NCBI GenBank assembly: GCA_965140415.1
Contig: OZ223209.1
Span: forward strand, 3,136,001 to 3,200,000
DNA length: 64,000 nt
Direction of reading: 5' to 3'
DNA from: Myxococcota bacterium
Lineage (GTDB): Bacteria > Myxococcota_A > SURF-8
This document shows, piece by piece, positions 1-9,426 of this stretch (positions are counted from its first letter, which is position 1; each line of letters opens with the position of its first letter). The position numbers and the translations under genes are program-made. The notes beneath the pieces were generated by a model. The model was given only the letters and a program-made list of their open reading frames with translations, was not told the DNA's origin and did not search any database.

Positions 1-970
1 TGATGCTGGAACCCGGCTGTAAGGCCGGAAGCATCAATTCTCCATAGCCCAGCCGAGGCCCGGACCCCATCATGCGAACGTCATTTGCGATACGCTGCAA
101 TTCCATCGCCAGAGCGCTCACTCGCCCCATCACATCGCTTACAACGGCTCGTCCGGCCATAAATACCAACGGCTCCGGTGAGATTCGGATTTCCCGGTCG
201 TAGTAGTCGCTTAGTTTCTCCGCTGCTTTTTGCGGCAGTCCTAATGGGGATTGAAACCCGGTACCAACGGCAGTGCCTCCCAAGGGGATTTCCGCCAGCA
301 GTTCCAATGTTTCTTCCAGGCGATCCTTCAACTTGGACAGCGTGGTAACGTATCCCCGGAAAACGTGACCGAAGGTAATCGGCAGTGCATCTTGAAGATG
401 CGTGCGCCCGGTCTTGATGACGGAGTCGTATTTCGTCGCTTTTTCCTGCCATGCTTCAATCAGTTTATTAAGTTTCGGCAGCAGGTCATTCTGCATCAGA
501 TCCAATGCGCCCAGATGCAGGGCGCTGGGAATGGTATCGTTACTGGATTGACCGAAATTGACGTGATCGTTGGGATTGACGGGCTTATATTGTCCAACCT
601 CGCCACCGAGCGACAAATTCGCAAGGTTCGCCACGACCTCATTGACGTTCATATTGGAACTGGTGCCGCTACCGGTCTGGAAAACATCCAATGGGAACTG
701 ATCCAGATATTTCCCTTCCGCCACTTCCAACGCCGCAGCGGTAACGGCTCCGGCGACTTCGGCTGTCAATTCTCCCCGTTCTCCTGCCGCCTGGGCGACG
801 GAGGCTTTGATCAGGGCTAAGGCTCTGAGCAATGCCTGCGGCATCAGGCGATCCGAAATCGGCAGGTTCATTGCCGCACGTTGCGTATTCGCGCCCCATA
901 GCGCATCACAAGGTATCTCAACTTCACCCATCGTATCCCGCTCGACACGAGGTTCATTTTCGTTGCTCAT
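1..970 (-). CDS. Class II fumarate hydratase / aspartate ammonia-lyase family lyase, 3'-truncated by window edge
   Basis: Not in the ORF track. Manual translation from ATG at 970 (GGAGG upstream): MSNENEPRVERDTMGEVEIP...KTGRTHLQDA...GGTAVGTG...GSGPRLGYGELMLPALQPGSSI, the start of the GSSIMPGKVNP signature. fumC vs aspA not resolved. Confidence 0.92.
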   Translation of the reverse strand, partial: MSNENEPRVERDTMGEVEIPCDALWGANTQRAAMNLPISDRLMPQALLRALALIKASVAQAAGERGELTAEVAGAVTAAALEVAEGKYLDQFPLDVFQTGSGTSSNMNVNEVVANLANLSLGGEVGQYKPVNPNDHVNFGQSSNDTIPSALHLGALDLMQNDLLPKLNKLIEAWQEKATKYDSVIKTGRTHLQDALPITFGHVFRGYVTTLSKLKDRLEETLELLAEIPLGGTAVGTGFQSPLGLPQKAAEKLSDYYDREIRISPEPLVFMAGRAVVSDVMGRVSALAMELQRIANDVRMMGSGPRLGYGELMLPALQPGSSI

Positions 971-1078
971 ACTCAGGCCCTCCTGGTCAGTTGACATTGA
1001 CAAACCGGTTCGGAAAAGCTAACGGTTTCCCGTTGTGCTGTCAAGTTCGAACAACAACAAGAAAACGAAAGATGGCCA

Positions 1079-2203
1079 GTGTCTACTACGATACAGAAGA
1101 AAATCGCTTCAAACGGAGAGAAAAAGCTTTCGGAAGCCTGGGTTACGGAATTGCTTGGCTGGTATGGAATCAACCAGAGAAAACTTCCTTGGCGAGAAAC
1201 GCCCTCCCCCTATCGTGTCTGGGTCAGTGAAATTATGCTGCAACAAACCCGCGTGTATACCGTCACACCCTACTTCGAAGGCTTCATGAAACGTTTCCCA
1301 ACTCTTGCGAAATTGGCGGAGGCGGATCAACAAGAGGTTTTAAAAGCCTGGGAGGGATTGGGATATTATTCCCGCGCCCGCAATCTGCATCAGGCAGCTA
1401 AGCTTGTGATGACCGAGTACGACGGGCAAATTCCGCAACGTGCGGAAAAGCTGCAAGAGCTTCCCGGCATCGGTCCATACACGGCAGCGGCCATTGCGAG
1501 TATTGCCCATGGAGAGCCGATTCCCGTAGTGGATGGCAATGTGCTGCGTGTTTTTACTCGATTCTGGATGATCCCGGACGACATCGCAAAAGCAGGCACG
1601 AAAGATGAGCTTCGTCAGCGCTTGTTGCCGTTTGTTTCTACTGTGAATCCATCCGATTTCAATCAGGCAATCATGGAAATCGGAGCCTTGATCTGCCATC
1701 CGAAACAACCGGATTGCAAAAGTTGCCCGCTGATCAATTATTGCCAGGCTCATCAGGCAGGACGAGAATCGGATTTTCCGGTAAAATCAAAGCGAAAGAA
1801 GATTCCTCATTACAATATTGCCGTGGGTGTCATCTGGAAAAAGGGTCGCATTCTAATCGGGAAACGCAGGCAGGATCAAATGCTGGGAGGACTGTGGGAG
1901 TTTCCTGGCGGAAAACAAGAACCGGGAGAATCTATAGAGGAGACCGCCATAAGAGAGATCAAGGAAGAAACCGGATTGCAGGTTCGCATCTGCGACGCAT
2001 TCCCTCCTGTTCGTCAAACATACAGCCACTTTCGAATCACGTTACACGCCTTCAGTTGCTGCATAGATGGCGGTCGCTTGCGTGCAAATGGACCGGAACT
2101 GTTGCGCTGGGTCCAGCCGGAAGAACTCGCAGAGTTGCCATTTCCCAAGGCCAATCTGAAGCTTATTGAAGAAGTGCTGAAGACCGCTGCCGTTTCGAAA
2201 TAG
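1079..2203 (+). CDS. mutY: A/G-specific adenine DNA glycosylase MutY with C-terminal Nudix domain
   Basis: LPWR...VWVSEIMLQQT, WEGLGYYSRARNL, HhH-GPD (LPGIGPYTA...VVDGNV), 4Fe-4S Cys motif CHPKQPDCKSCPLINYC, Nudix box in the C-terminal domain. Confidence 0.96.
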   Translation: MSTTIQKKIASNGEKKLSEAWVTELLGWYGINQRKLPWRETPSPYRVWVSEIMLQQTRVYTVTPYFEGFMKRFPTLAKLAEADQQEVLKAWEGLGYYSRARNLHQAAKLVMTEYDGQIPQRAEKLQELPGIGPYTAAAIASIAHGEPIPVVDGNVLRVFTRFWMIPDDIAKAGTKDELRQRLLPFVSTVNPSDFNQAIMEIGALICHPKQPDCKSCPLINYCQAHQAGRESDFPVKSKRKKIPHYNIAVGVIWKKGRILIGKRRQDQMLGGLWEFPGGKQEPGESIEETAIREIKEETGLQVRICDAFPPVRQTYSHFRITLHAFSCCIDGGRLRANGPELLRWVQPEELAELPFPKANLKLIEEVLKTAAVSK

Positions 2204-3734
2204 CTCCCAATCTTTCCCACAACACTTCTGGCAACGGAAAACACAGGAAAAAGAGTGCGATGTAGGAGAATGTCAATTCTTGCGAAACCCCAAAGGCCGA
2301 AAGAAAGAGGAAGATTGTCCATTCTCGTAAGCCAAGCCCCATAATCGTCAGATGTAGCGAGGTGATTGCCTGAACGGCCAGTACTACTAAAACGAGATTC
2401 CAAAAGGGCAAATCCATTCCGATATGGCGGGCTAATAGCCAGGCGGAAAGTAGAAACAAAACTTGCCCCACGATGGTAAACAGAGCAACCCAAAATGGTT
2501 TTCGTCCCCGATTCTCGTTTTCAATTTCTTTCGCGGCCAAACTGCCAGGCAAAGCGATTCCCCATTTGAAATCGATTCGAACCAGCAAAGTAATCGCAAT
2601 AAACACCATGGTGCAGCATGCTGCTATTAAAAACACAATCGTGTTGCCAACTGGTAACAAGGAGAAAAGCGCGGGAATTGCCAGCAAGAAAAGAAACGTT
2701 GCATCGTATAGCTGCGCAGCAAGACGGGCAGTCATGAAAACACTGTTTTGATGATGTCCTGTATCTTCAGATGTCTCACCGGATTGCAAGCTTGACTCAG
2801 CAATAGGATTAGGTTTTGTTGATGCCGTCCGAAAGCATGATTCGGATACGTTCCATGTTTTTAGCAAGCATTTGCTTCGCATACCTTTAATACCAACCGA
2901 AAGCAGATTTAAACCGGCTAATGCCAATAGCATGAGCGGGGAAGCCTTTGAAAAAACAGAAATAGGTTCCGATATGTTTACAAATGCGAAAAGGAGTAAC
3001 AGTGAAACAAGTGCAAAGAGGATATTTAATGGAGAAAATGCGATCGATCGGTTTGATTGCTTTGCCGGTAATGTCCACAGAATGAATAGGGCTTCGACAA
3101 TGCGCCATGGTCCCAGAAATTTGGAGCGGCCATACGTTCGCTCACGCTGTACTACGGGAAGTTCGGCCACCTTATAACCATTGGTTGCCCATCGAATCGG
3201 TAAGAAGCGAAACTCCCCGTTTCTTAGGTCGAGATTCTCTATTAAAGGTTTTCGTATCAGTCGGAAAGGGGTGTTGGGATCTAAAAAAGAAACTCCAAAT
3301 CGCTTTTCTAAAAGCCACCTGAACGTGCGAGATCCCCAGATGCGGTATGAGGGTTCTTCACGTTTTGTTCGTGCTCCCAACACGACATCGCAGTTGCCCT
3401 CTTCTAAATATTTTTCCATTTCAAAGACGTACGAAGGATCATCTTGCCTGTCGCCGTCCATGGTTAAAACCAGGGGGAATCTGCAACGAGAGAATCCTTC
3501 CAGCAAGGCTTGTTGTTTTCCCCTGCCCGGCTGAAGGTCAATCACATTTATGTGATTTGGGTCTCGATCCCGACATGTCTCAAGCTCTTGCAGGGTGTGA
3601 TCGGTTGAGCCATCGTTGATGAAAATCAGTTCGTATTCACGATCTGACAGTTTTTCCTGTAATTCATCAATAAGCGGAACGACGTTTCCCGCCTCATTTC
3701 GCATCGGAATTACCACACTTACTGCTTGATTCAT
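2163..3734 (-). CDS. GT2 polyprenol-phosphate glycosyltransferase (DPM1/ArnC-like) fused to a lysylphosphatidylglycerol-synthase-TM/flippase-like membrane domain
   Basis: SVVIPMRNEAGN, INDGSTD, MDGDRQDDP, RTYGRSKF; C-terminal TMs with LGLREW motif. Start placed at ATG 3734, which overlaps the upstream TGA (the ORF track starts at 3749). Confidence 0.82.
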   Translation of the reverse strand: MNQAVSVVIPMRNEAGNVVPLIDELQEKLSDREYELIFINDGSTDHTLQELETCRDRDPNHINVIDLQPGRGKQQALLEGFSRCRFPLVLTMDGDRQDDPSYVFEMEKYLEEGNCDVVLGARTKREEPSYRIWGSRTFRWLLEKRFGVSFLDPNTPFRLIRKPLIENLDLRNGEFRFLPIRWATNGYKVAELPVVQRERTYGRSKFLGPWRIVEALFILWTLPAKQSNRSIAFSPLNILFALVSLLLLFAFVNISEPISVFSKASPLMLLALAGLNLLSVGIKGMRSKCLLKTWNVSESCFRTASTKPNPIAESSLQSGETSEDTGHHQNSVFMTARLAAQLYDATFLFLLAIPALFSLLPVGNTIVFLIAACCTMVFIAITLLVRIDFKWGIALPGSLAAKEIENENRGRKPFWVALFTIVGQVLFLLSAWLLARHIGMDLPFWNLVLVVLAVQAITSLHLTIMGLGLREWTIFLFLSAFGVSQELTFSYIALFFLCFPLPEVLWERLGAISKRQRSSALLQ

Positions 3735-6094
3735 CAGGGGGCGGTCCATATGGCCTCCCGATCAGAAGGATTCACTGCTTCGGAATTTGCAGGACTCCAT
3801 AGCACCCGAACCGGAATCAACTCGGACTTCTCCAGGCTGGCTGGGAAGGCGAAATCGATTGATTTTTGAATAATCGGCAGATAAGACTTCGCTGGTTGAA
3901 ACTCCTGATTGCTAATAAGAAACTGTGGATCGATAAACATTTCAATACGTTCGTACTTCTTCAGGTCTCTCTTTAGCTTTTGCGAGTAGCTTTTGCATTT
4001 TTGTTCATCGATCAAATTACTAATTTCCCGGCAGCGCGAAAGCAGTTTTTCCATTTCGATCCGATGTCGGTCGCTTGGCGATTTATCCAACAAGACTTGC
4101 AGGTCGTTTCTTAACGTGTCGTTAGATGTAAACAGCTTAGAATAATGCTTTTCCCGTTCGCTGACGCGGAAAAGCTTTCGTGTCCACTCAACTCCTTCCA
4201 ATCGCAGCCGATTCAATAACAGATCCGCACCAATAGCGCAACTGGCCGGAAACAATGCCGTCATCGACATCCTATCATGGCGTGCATCCGACGCCAGATA
4301 CAGACCGGCGTTTTGGTCCTGGCCATGCGGCATATAAAGGACCAAGCGTTTTGAATCTTTCGATAAAGAACGAATCATCGAGAAGCATTGAATCCGCTTC
4401 GCTTTATATGTATCTGCCAAAACGAGATAGCCATCGGAAACATCTGCTAGCACACACGCAAGCAATATCACTAGAGAAACCAGAACCGCTTTTCGTTTTG
4501 CAAGGTAGTTTAACGTAGCGGAAAGCACCAGCATGAACGGCACGATGTAGATCAGCGAATAGCGCCATTGGTTGAATCCGTGCATCGAATTCGCAAATAT
4601 GAACACCGCCATAAAACCGAGTATTACAATCTGCAAGGCACGAACACGTTTTATCCCAATTCCGATCAGTGAGAATAAAAACACCAATTTCATCAGAATA
4701 TTCGGTGGATTCAGAAAATATTGCAAGGTGTCGTGGCCGAAACCGGCGGACAACTTCAGTAGACGTCGGCCACTTGTATCCGAGAAATCCGTGAAGAATG
4801 GGGCGAACCATAATCCGATCATGACTAGAGCCAGCAGTGAAGGCACAAATGCCCAAACAAGATCTTTTCTCCAACTTCTATACTTTGAAGACTGACGAAT
4901 ATAGCAGAACAAAATGAGTGCAAGAGATGGCAGCAGAAGCAGAAATTCTTGCTTTAGAGCAGAGGCAAAGAAAAGAGCAAAGCTACTGCAAAGCATCAGA
5001 AGCAGCTTCATCAATCCATGTTGTCGTATTGCCAGCATGGCTAGATACCATGCCAGTGCAAAAGCGGTTGCAGCAGGTAAATAAGTAGAAACGGTTGTAC
5101 TGTACCCCAGCACGGCAGGATTGATCAAGACAAGAAGCGCGGCAAGGATCGCCGTGGGCAGGTTACGAAAATACTCCCAGCCTACCAATAGCGTCAATGA
5201 TGGCAGGAGAATCCCCCAGAAACGCATGGAAAGAAAAATGGCATCCGGATTGTCTGCCAATAACCGAATCGGTGCACGAAGCATTGTTAAAACAGTTCCA
5301 TTGGCAGAAATCGACCCGCTCAGGATCCAGTCATCGATGCCACGTGCAACCGCCAGCATAAGCAAGTCGTCGTTTTGCATATGCAACAGCACATCCGGTA
5401 AGAATAGCCGCAAAACTCCGCTTGCGATGGACACCACCAGTAATGAATACCCCAGAGCGGGCACTGACCGATTCGGAAGATATAAGGCGAACAGAAAAAT
5501 GGAAAGCGCAAGGAAAACGATTCCTTTGTGGAACCAGGAAAGCGGTTGTTCATCTTTCCCAAGTTGAATCGGTTCGGATGCCAAACGGCCACTGCGAGAG
5601 ATACTGCCACCAGTAACACTCCAGGCTTTTGCAGGCTTTTCGACTTTTACCCACAACGCTTCTATTTCACTCCATCGGTCACGTTGCTGGACCCATTCTA
5701 TCCAAGCGACTCTCACATCCGCCTGTTCGACACTCTTATTAAAAGAGCAAAGTTCAAGTTGCCCGTCATCTGCTGGAAGACACCCTTCATGCTTCGTCCC
5801 TGAGTCGATCCTACGCAGAACGAAACCTGTTTTAGTCGGGGACGATTCTTGGTTCGTCTTAAAAGTCAATAGAATCGAATTGGCATTGATTTTTAGAGAG
5901 GTCAGGCGGCCATGCTGGCTTTGCCAGCTATTCGGAGGAGTCAGAGCCGTTCTGACCTGCTGTTCCATTTGCTCGGGAATGGCATAGTCAGCCCAGACAT
6001 TTGCAGGCTTTGCCATCAACACGAAGAGTAAAAGCGCGAGGTGTCCCAAGGCTATAACAATCGGTTTCCCTGTTACAGACACTCTGCTTTTCAT
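3734..6094 (-). CDS. Large polytopic membrane protein, probable GT-C fold (ArnT/PMT-like) glycosyltransferase
   Basis: Signal peptide, soluble N-domain, then ~11-12 TMs with acidic NDD after the first TMs, 'LAALLVLINP', 'KQE', 'WRYSLIYIVP', and a C-terminal soluble domain. Confidence 0.6.
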   Translation of the reverse strand: MKSRVSVTGKPIVIALGHLALLLFVLMAKPANVWADYAIPEQMEQQVRTALTPPNSWQSQHGRLTSLKINANSILLTFKTNQESSPTKTGFVLRRIDSGTKHEGCLPADDGQLELCSFNKSVEQADVRVAWIEWVQQRDRWSEIEALWVKVEKPAKAWSVTGGSISRSGRLASEPIQLGKDEQPLSWFHKGIVFLALSIFLFALYLPNRSVPALGYSLLVVSIASGVLRLFLPDVLLHMQNDDLLMLAVARGIDDWILSGSISANGTVLTMLRAPIRLLADNPDAIFLSMRFWGILLPSLTLLVGWEYFRNLPTAILAALLVLINPAVLGYSTTVSTYLPAATAFALAWYLAMLAIRQHGLMKLLLMLCSSFALFFASALKQEFLLLLPSLALILFCYIRQSSKYRSWRKDLVWAFVPSLLALVMIGLWFAPFFTDFSDTSGRRLLKLSAGFGHDTLQYFLNPPNILMKLVFLFSLIGIGIKRVRALQIVILGFMAVFIFANSMHGFNQWRYSLIYIVPFMLVLSATLNYLAKRKAVLVSLVILLACVLADVSDGYLVLADTYKAKRIQCFSMIRSLSKDSKRLVLYMPHGQDQNAGLYLASDARHDRMSMTALFPASCAIGADLLLNRLRLEGVEWTRKLFRVSEREKHYSKLFTSNDTLRNDLQVLLDKSPSDRHRIEMEKLLSRCREISNLIDEQKCKSYSQKLKRDLKKYERIEMFIDPQFLISNQEFQPAKSYLPIIQKSIDFAFPASLEKSELIPVRVLWSPANSEAVNPSDREAIWTAP

Positions 6095-6141
6095 TGATTC
6101 CCCTTTGTGTAACGATCCGATCCTAGATTTGAAGTCTATCC

Positions 6142-6174
6142 TGTAGCATCGAAGAATTTCATGAATAAATCAAG
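6142..6174 (-). promoter_or_regulatory. Sigma70-like promoter TTGATT-N17-GATGCT upstream of the 6094 gene
   Basis: Reverse complement cTTGATTtattcatgaaattcttcGATGCTaca; near-identical motif at 9079-9111. Confidence 0.5.
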
Positions 6175-6227
6175 TATATTTGCCTAACCCTCCGCTGCGA
6201 ATCTGACGGTTTTATCAGGTCTTTCGA

Positions 6228-8993
6228 TTACGGAGCGGATTGAATGCCGCCTTGTTGTTGTTGTCGTTTTAAGCGCGACAGAGGGGCCGTTATTCTTGGG
6301 TAAACATCGGCAAGGGCTTCAAGCAGCCAGTTGTACTGAGTTGGAATTTCAAGGACGGAGGGATACCGGACGAAATCGTTGTAGCTGTTGTTCATGTAAT
6401 AGGTTGTGTCCAGCGTCCCCTTTTGATCGAGTGAGTTCTGTACAAGGATTACTTTCGATGGGATTCTGCCAACGATGGTCGCATTGTCAACCGCATCGAA
6501 AAACCACCCTCCCAGATCGTACTCACCCAAAACGAGGAAATACCGACTGGAATCTTCGCCCTTTGGAGTCAATGACATTCGGAATGTATATGCCTGAATC
6601 AGATTGAATGGTCCGGACTGATGAATCGCGTTGAGAGTGCTCGGGTAAAGTTTTTCCTGCCATCGGCTGATATAGCACGTCGAACTGGCGGTTTTGCAAT
6701 CTTCTGCTTGCATGGAAATGTTTGTGAAAAGTGCAGAGTAATCTATTTCCTCAGATGTTTTTTCCCCATCATCAAAATGGGCTTCGTAAAAGTCGAAATA
6801 TTTCATGCGAATCTGTACATTCTGACGGGAAAGCCAGGGTTCAATTGGCAAAATCACGATTGCCCGTCCCCTGTTGCTTGATAAAAGAGTGATATCTTTG
6901 GGTAGCTTTTTCGGAAGCGTTTTCTTGGACACTTTTAATATCAATAGGTCACGTTTGTCATCGACCCTTTTCTGGCAATTAACCATTGGTTCAGGTTCAA
7001 ATAGCAACATGGCTTTTGCAAAGTAGGGTTGACTGACCGTCCGCACACGCTGGCACAACTCTGAATAAGTGTACCCTTTCTCATAAAGATAACCAGAGAC
7101 GCGTTCTACATCTTGCATGTTCCATCTCGTTTTAGCTTCTGTCACGAAAACACCGCTGGCAAGTAAATACAAATAGGAAAAGGACAAAAGTAACGGGATA
7201 GCCAATGCGAAAGAGCGAAAGAAATATCTGCCGGACATCTGCATTTGAAGAAGCGATGCAAGTCTGGCAGTCACTAGCATGGTCAATCTCGCCGCCATTA
7301 CAGCCAGTCCAGGGATTACCGGTTGCAGATAGTAAATGAAGAAATAGCGACGCTCGATCACAGCAAGTCCGAACAGCGCAAAACAGACGAATATAGTAAC
7401 TCCTCCGGTAAAGACCATTGGTCCTACATCACGGTGATGATCTTGAATTCGTGAACGAAATCCCCATCCTGTAACGACAATGACAAGGAAAATCAAACCG
7501 ATGTAGGACAGGTAGCCCTCAGAGGCAAACCACTTGAGATTTTCCATATTTGCAGAATATGAAGAGTATAACGAGAGTTCTACAAACACGAACACCGTGG
7601 CAATGGTGACCCAAACCGGTCGCTTGGAAAATAGAATGGTCACCAAAATAAGCGCTGGAAATAAAATCGAATTGACGATATGCATTTCAACTGCCGAGTA
7701 CAAGAAAACAGCAGCTAGCACAGCGTAGATCCCACTGCCACGACGAACAAGGAGGAAGACAAAAAGATGAACCAACAATACCGGCAGAAACGAAACGGAT
7801 AAATTCCATAAGATCGGGTAGTTCATCATAAACAAACTGAATGGCAGCAGAAACAGTGCGATAAAAACCGCGCTTCGTCGAGAAAGAAAAATCAGTGAAA
7901 TCCAATAACAAAGTGAAACGGATATTCCGTAGGTAACATTAACCCATAAGTGAATCTGTCCGATTGAAAGTCCTAATTTCTGACAAAAAGCAAAGAAGTA
8001 AATGGGAAGAGCTCCCATTGTGATGGTTCGAAATCCGGTTTGAGGACCGGTTTGAAAGCAATTGTTCAGTAAAAAGCAGTCTTTACCCCAGATTAGGTAC
8101 TTGAATGTGTCATCAAATAGTGGCGGTTTGAAGTCGAGCAATACTAAAACAAGGGTTGTAATCAATCCTAAAATCAAGCCGATTGCAATCGAACGACGCC
8201 TCTCTCTTGGGTTCCATGAGGATAGGTTGTCACCATAATTGTAGCGGAATCCGAAACTGAAGATTAAAAATCTTCCAATTGAGAAGAGCACATGGTTCAG
8301 CAGGTGAAAGTGTCCGTTTATCGTTGCTTCAACATTCCGAAGCGATAATCGCTTCGAAAATTTCAGCGAAAACAGGACAAAGGTCAAATATAAAAAGATA
8401 CTGTAAACAACCCATCGAAGTACGGATATCGTTTTCGTTAAATGATCACGCGTTGTAGCCGCCAGATTCTTGTTATCAAGCCTTAATTTTTGACTGATAC
8501 CCCGTTCTGACTTCTGCTTTAGCAGTGGATCGATGCGTTTGTTTATAAATGGCTTATGTTCGGGGTCGCTTTCCCATTCCTGTAAAAGATTGCGAACCAG
8601 CAAAAACAATTCATTATCGGCAGATTCACCGGCAATGGGTTGAACTTTGTAAGTATGGGTTGCCCAACGAGATGGCTTTTGAGATTGATTGTAAACCACT
8701 TCAACCGCAGATGAAACATCTCCATACTTAAAGAAAAAACGAACATATTCAGGTTGCCGTTCGATGTTTGTAACAATCCACTTCGATGCAAGAACCTCTC
8801 CTGCTGCGATTGGCAATCCACCGTTTTCTTCCGCAAAAGCGTAGGAATTACAAGAAAGAATTGATAAGAGGATCGGAAAAAACAAGAAAAACGATAATTC
8901 TTTGAAAAAGGAAAAAGACCCGCAACTTGTGTATTGCAGTCGAACGCCCAAAGCATTTCGTCTTGCCGACTGACTTTTCTGGTTCAATTCCAT
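6228..8993 (-). CDS. Large polytopic membrane protein, probable GT-C fold glycosyltransferase
   Basis: N-terminal soluble domain, 'PPLFDDT' acidic loop, ~12 TMs, 'YYLQPVIP' motif, C-terminal periplasmic domain; AT-richer than flanks. Confidence 0.55.
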   Translation of the reverse strand: MELNQKSQSARRNALGVRLQYTSCGSFSFFKELSFFLFFPILLSILSCNSYAFAEENGGLPIAAGEVLASKWIVTNIERQPEYVRFFFKYGDVSSAVEVVYNQSQKPSRWATHTYKVQPIAGESADNELFLLVRNLLQEWESDPEHKPFINKRIDPLLKQKSERGISQKLRLDNKNLAATTRDHLTKTISVLRWVVYSIFLYLTFVLFSLKFSKRLSLRNVEATINGHFHLLNHVLFSIGRFLIFSFGFRYNYGDNLSSWNPRERRRSIAIGLILGLITTLVLVLLDFKPPLFDDTFKYLIWGKDCFLLNNCFQTGPQTGFRTITMGALPIYFFAFCQKLGLSIGQIHLWVNVTYGISVSLCYWISLIFLSRRSAVFIALFLLPFSLFMMNYPILWNLSVSFLPVLLVHLFVFLLVRRGSGIYAVLAAVFLYSAVEMHIVNSILFPALILVTILFSKRPVWVTIATVFVFVELSLYSSYSANMENLKWFASEGYLSYIGLIFLVIVVTGWGFRSRIQDHHRDVGPMVFTGGVTIFVCFALFGLAVIERRYFFIYYLQPVIPGLAVMAARLTMLVTARLASLLQMQMSGRYFFRSFALAIPLLLSFSYLYLLASGVFVTEAKTRWNMQDVERVSGYLYEKGYTYSELCQRVRTVSQPYFAKAMLLFEPEPMVNCQKRVDDKRDLLILKVSKKTLPKKLPKDITLLSSNRGRAIVILPIEPWLSRQNVQIRMKYFDFYEAHFDDGEKTSEEIDYSALFTNISMQAEDCKTASSTCYISRWQEKLYPSTLNAIHQSGPFNLIQAYTFRMSLTPKGEDSSRYFLVLGEYDLGGWFFDAVDNATIVGRIPSKVILVQNSLDQKGTLDTTYYMNNSYNDFVRYPSVLEIPTQYNWLLEALADVYPRITAPLSRLKRQQQQGGIQSAP

Positions 8994-9078
8994 TTTCGTA
9001 CCAAACTGTAATCCGATACAACAATTATTAATGGCTGGTCGAATTTAAACATCCTGAAATCAGAGATGGTTTGCACTT

Positions 9079-9111
9079 TGTAGCATCAAAGAAATTTCTC
9101 GATAAATCAAG
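9079..9111 (-). promoter_or_regulatory. Sigma70-like promoter TTGATT-N17-GATGCT upstream of the 8993 gene
   Basis: Reverse complement cTTGATTtatcgagaaatttctttGATGCTaca; paralogous to 6142-6174. Confidence 0.5.
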
Positions 9112-9426
9112 AACATTTCCTTTGCCCACCCTCAATTGTTTCTACAAGAAATCCAATTGTCATTTAATTGTATCATCTCCGATTCTGCAAAGTAGCTATG
9201 TGTGTGCAGGATAAAAAAGCATGGAAATAGTAAATATATGGAATGCCAAACTATGATTGGCAAGTCGAACCAATAGCTTCAACCTGTCAAACGATCAGGC
9301 AGAAGCAGAGATAATAGAAATTATAAAAATATTCCTTGACATTATTAAGGAAATAACAGAAGCTTCGGGGGTAGTGCAAATTATGACATAAGCAATAACT
9401 ATAAAAGTTTCGTACTAGGAGGAAAC

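Noticed and set aside
251-820. 189-aa plus-strand ORF
   Set aside because: Antisense shadow of the fumarase/aspartase gene on the minus strand, which has all family motifs
2163-2203. 41-bp convergent overlap of mutY and the GT2 fusion as a frameshift sign
   Set aside because: Both proteins appear complete; short 3' overlaps are common
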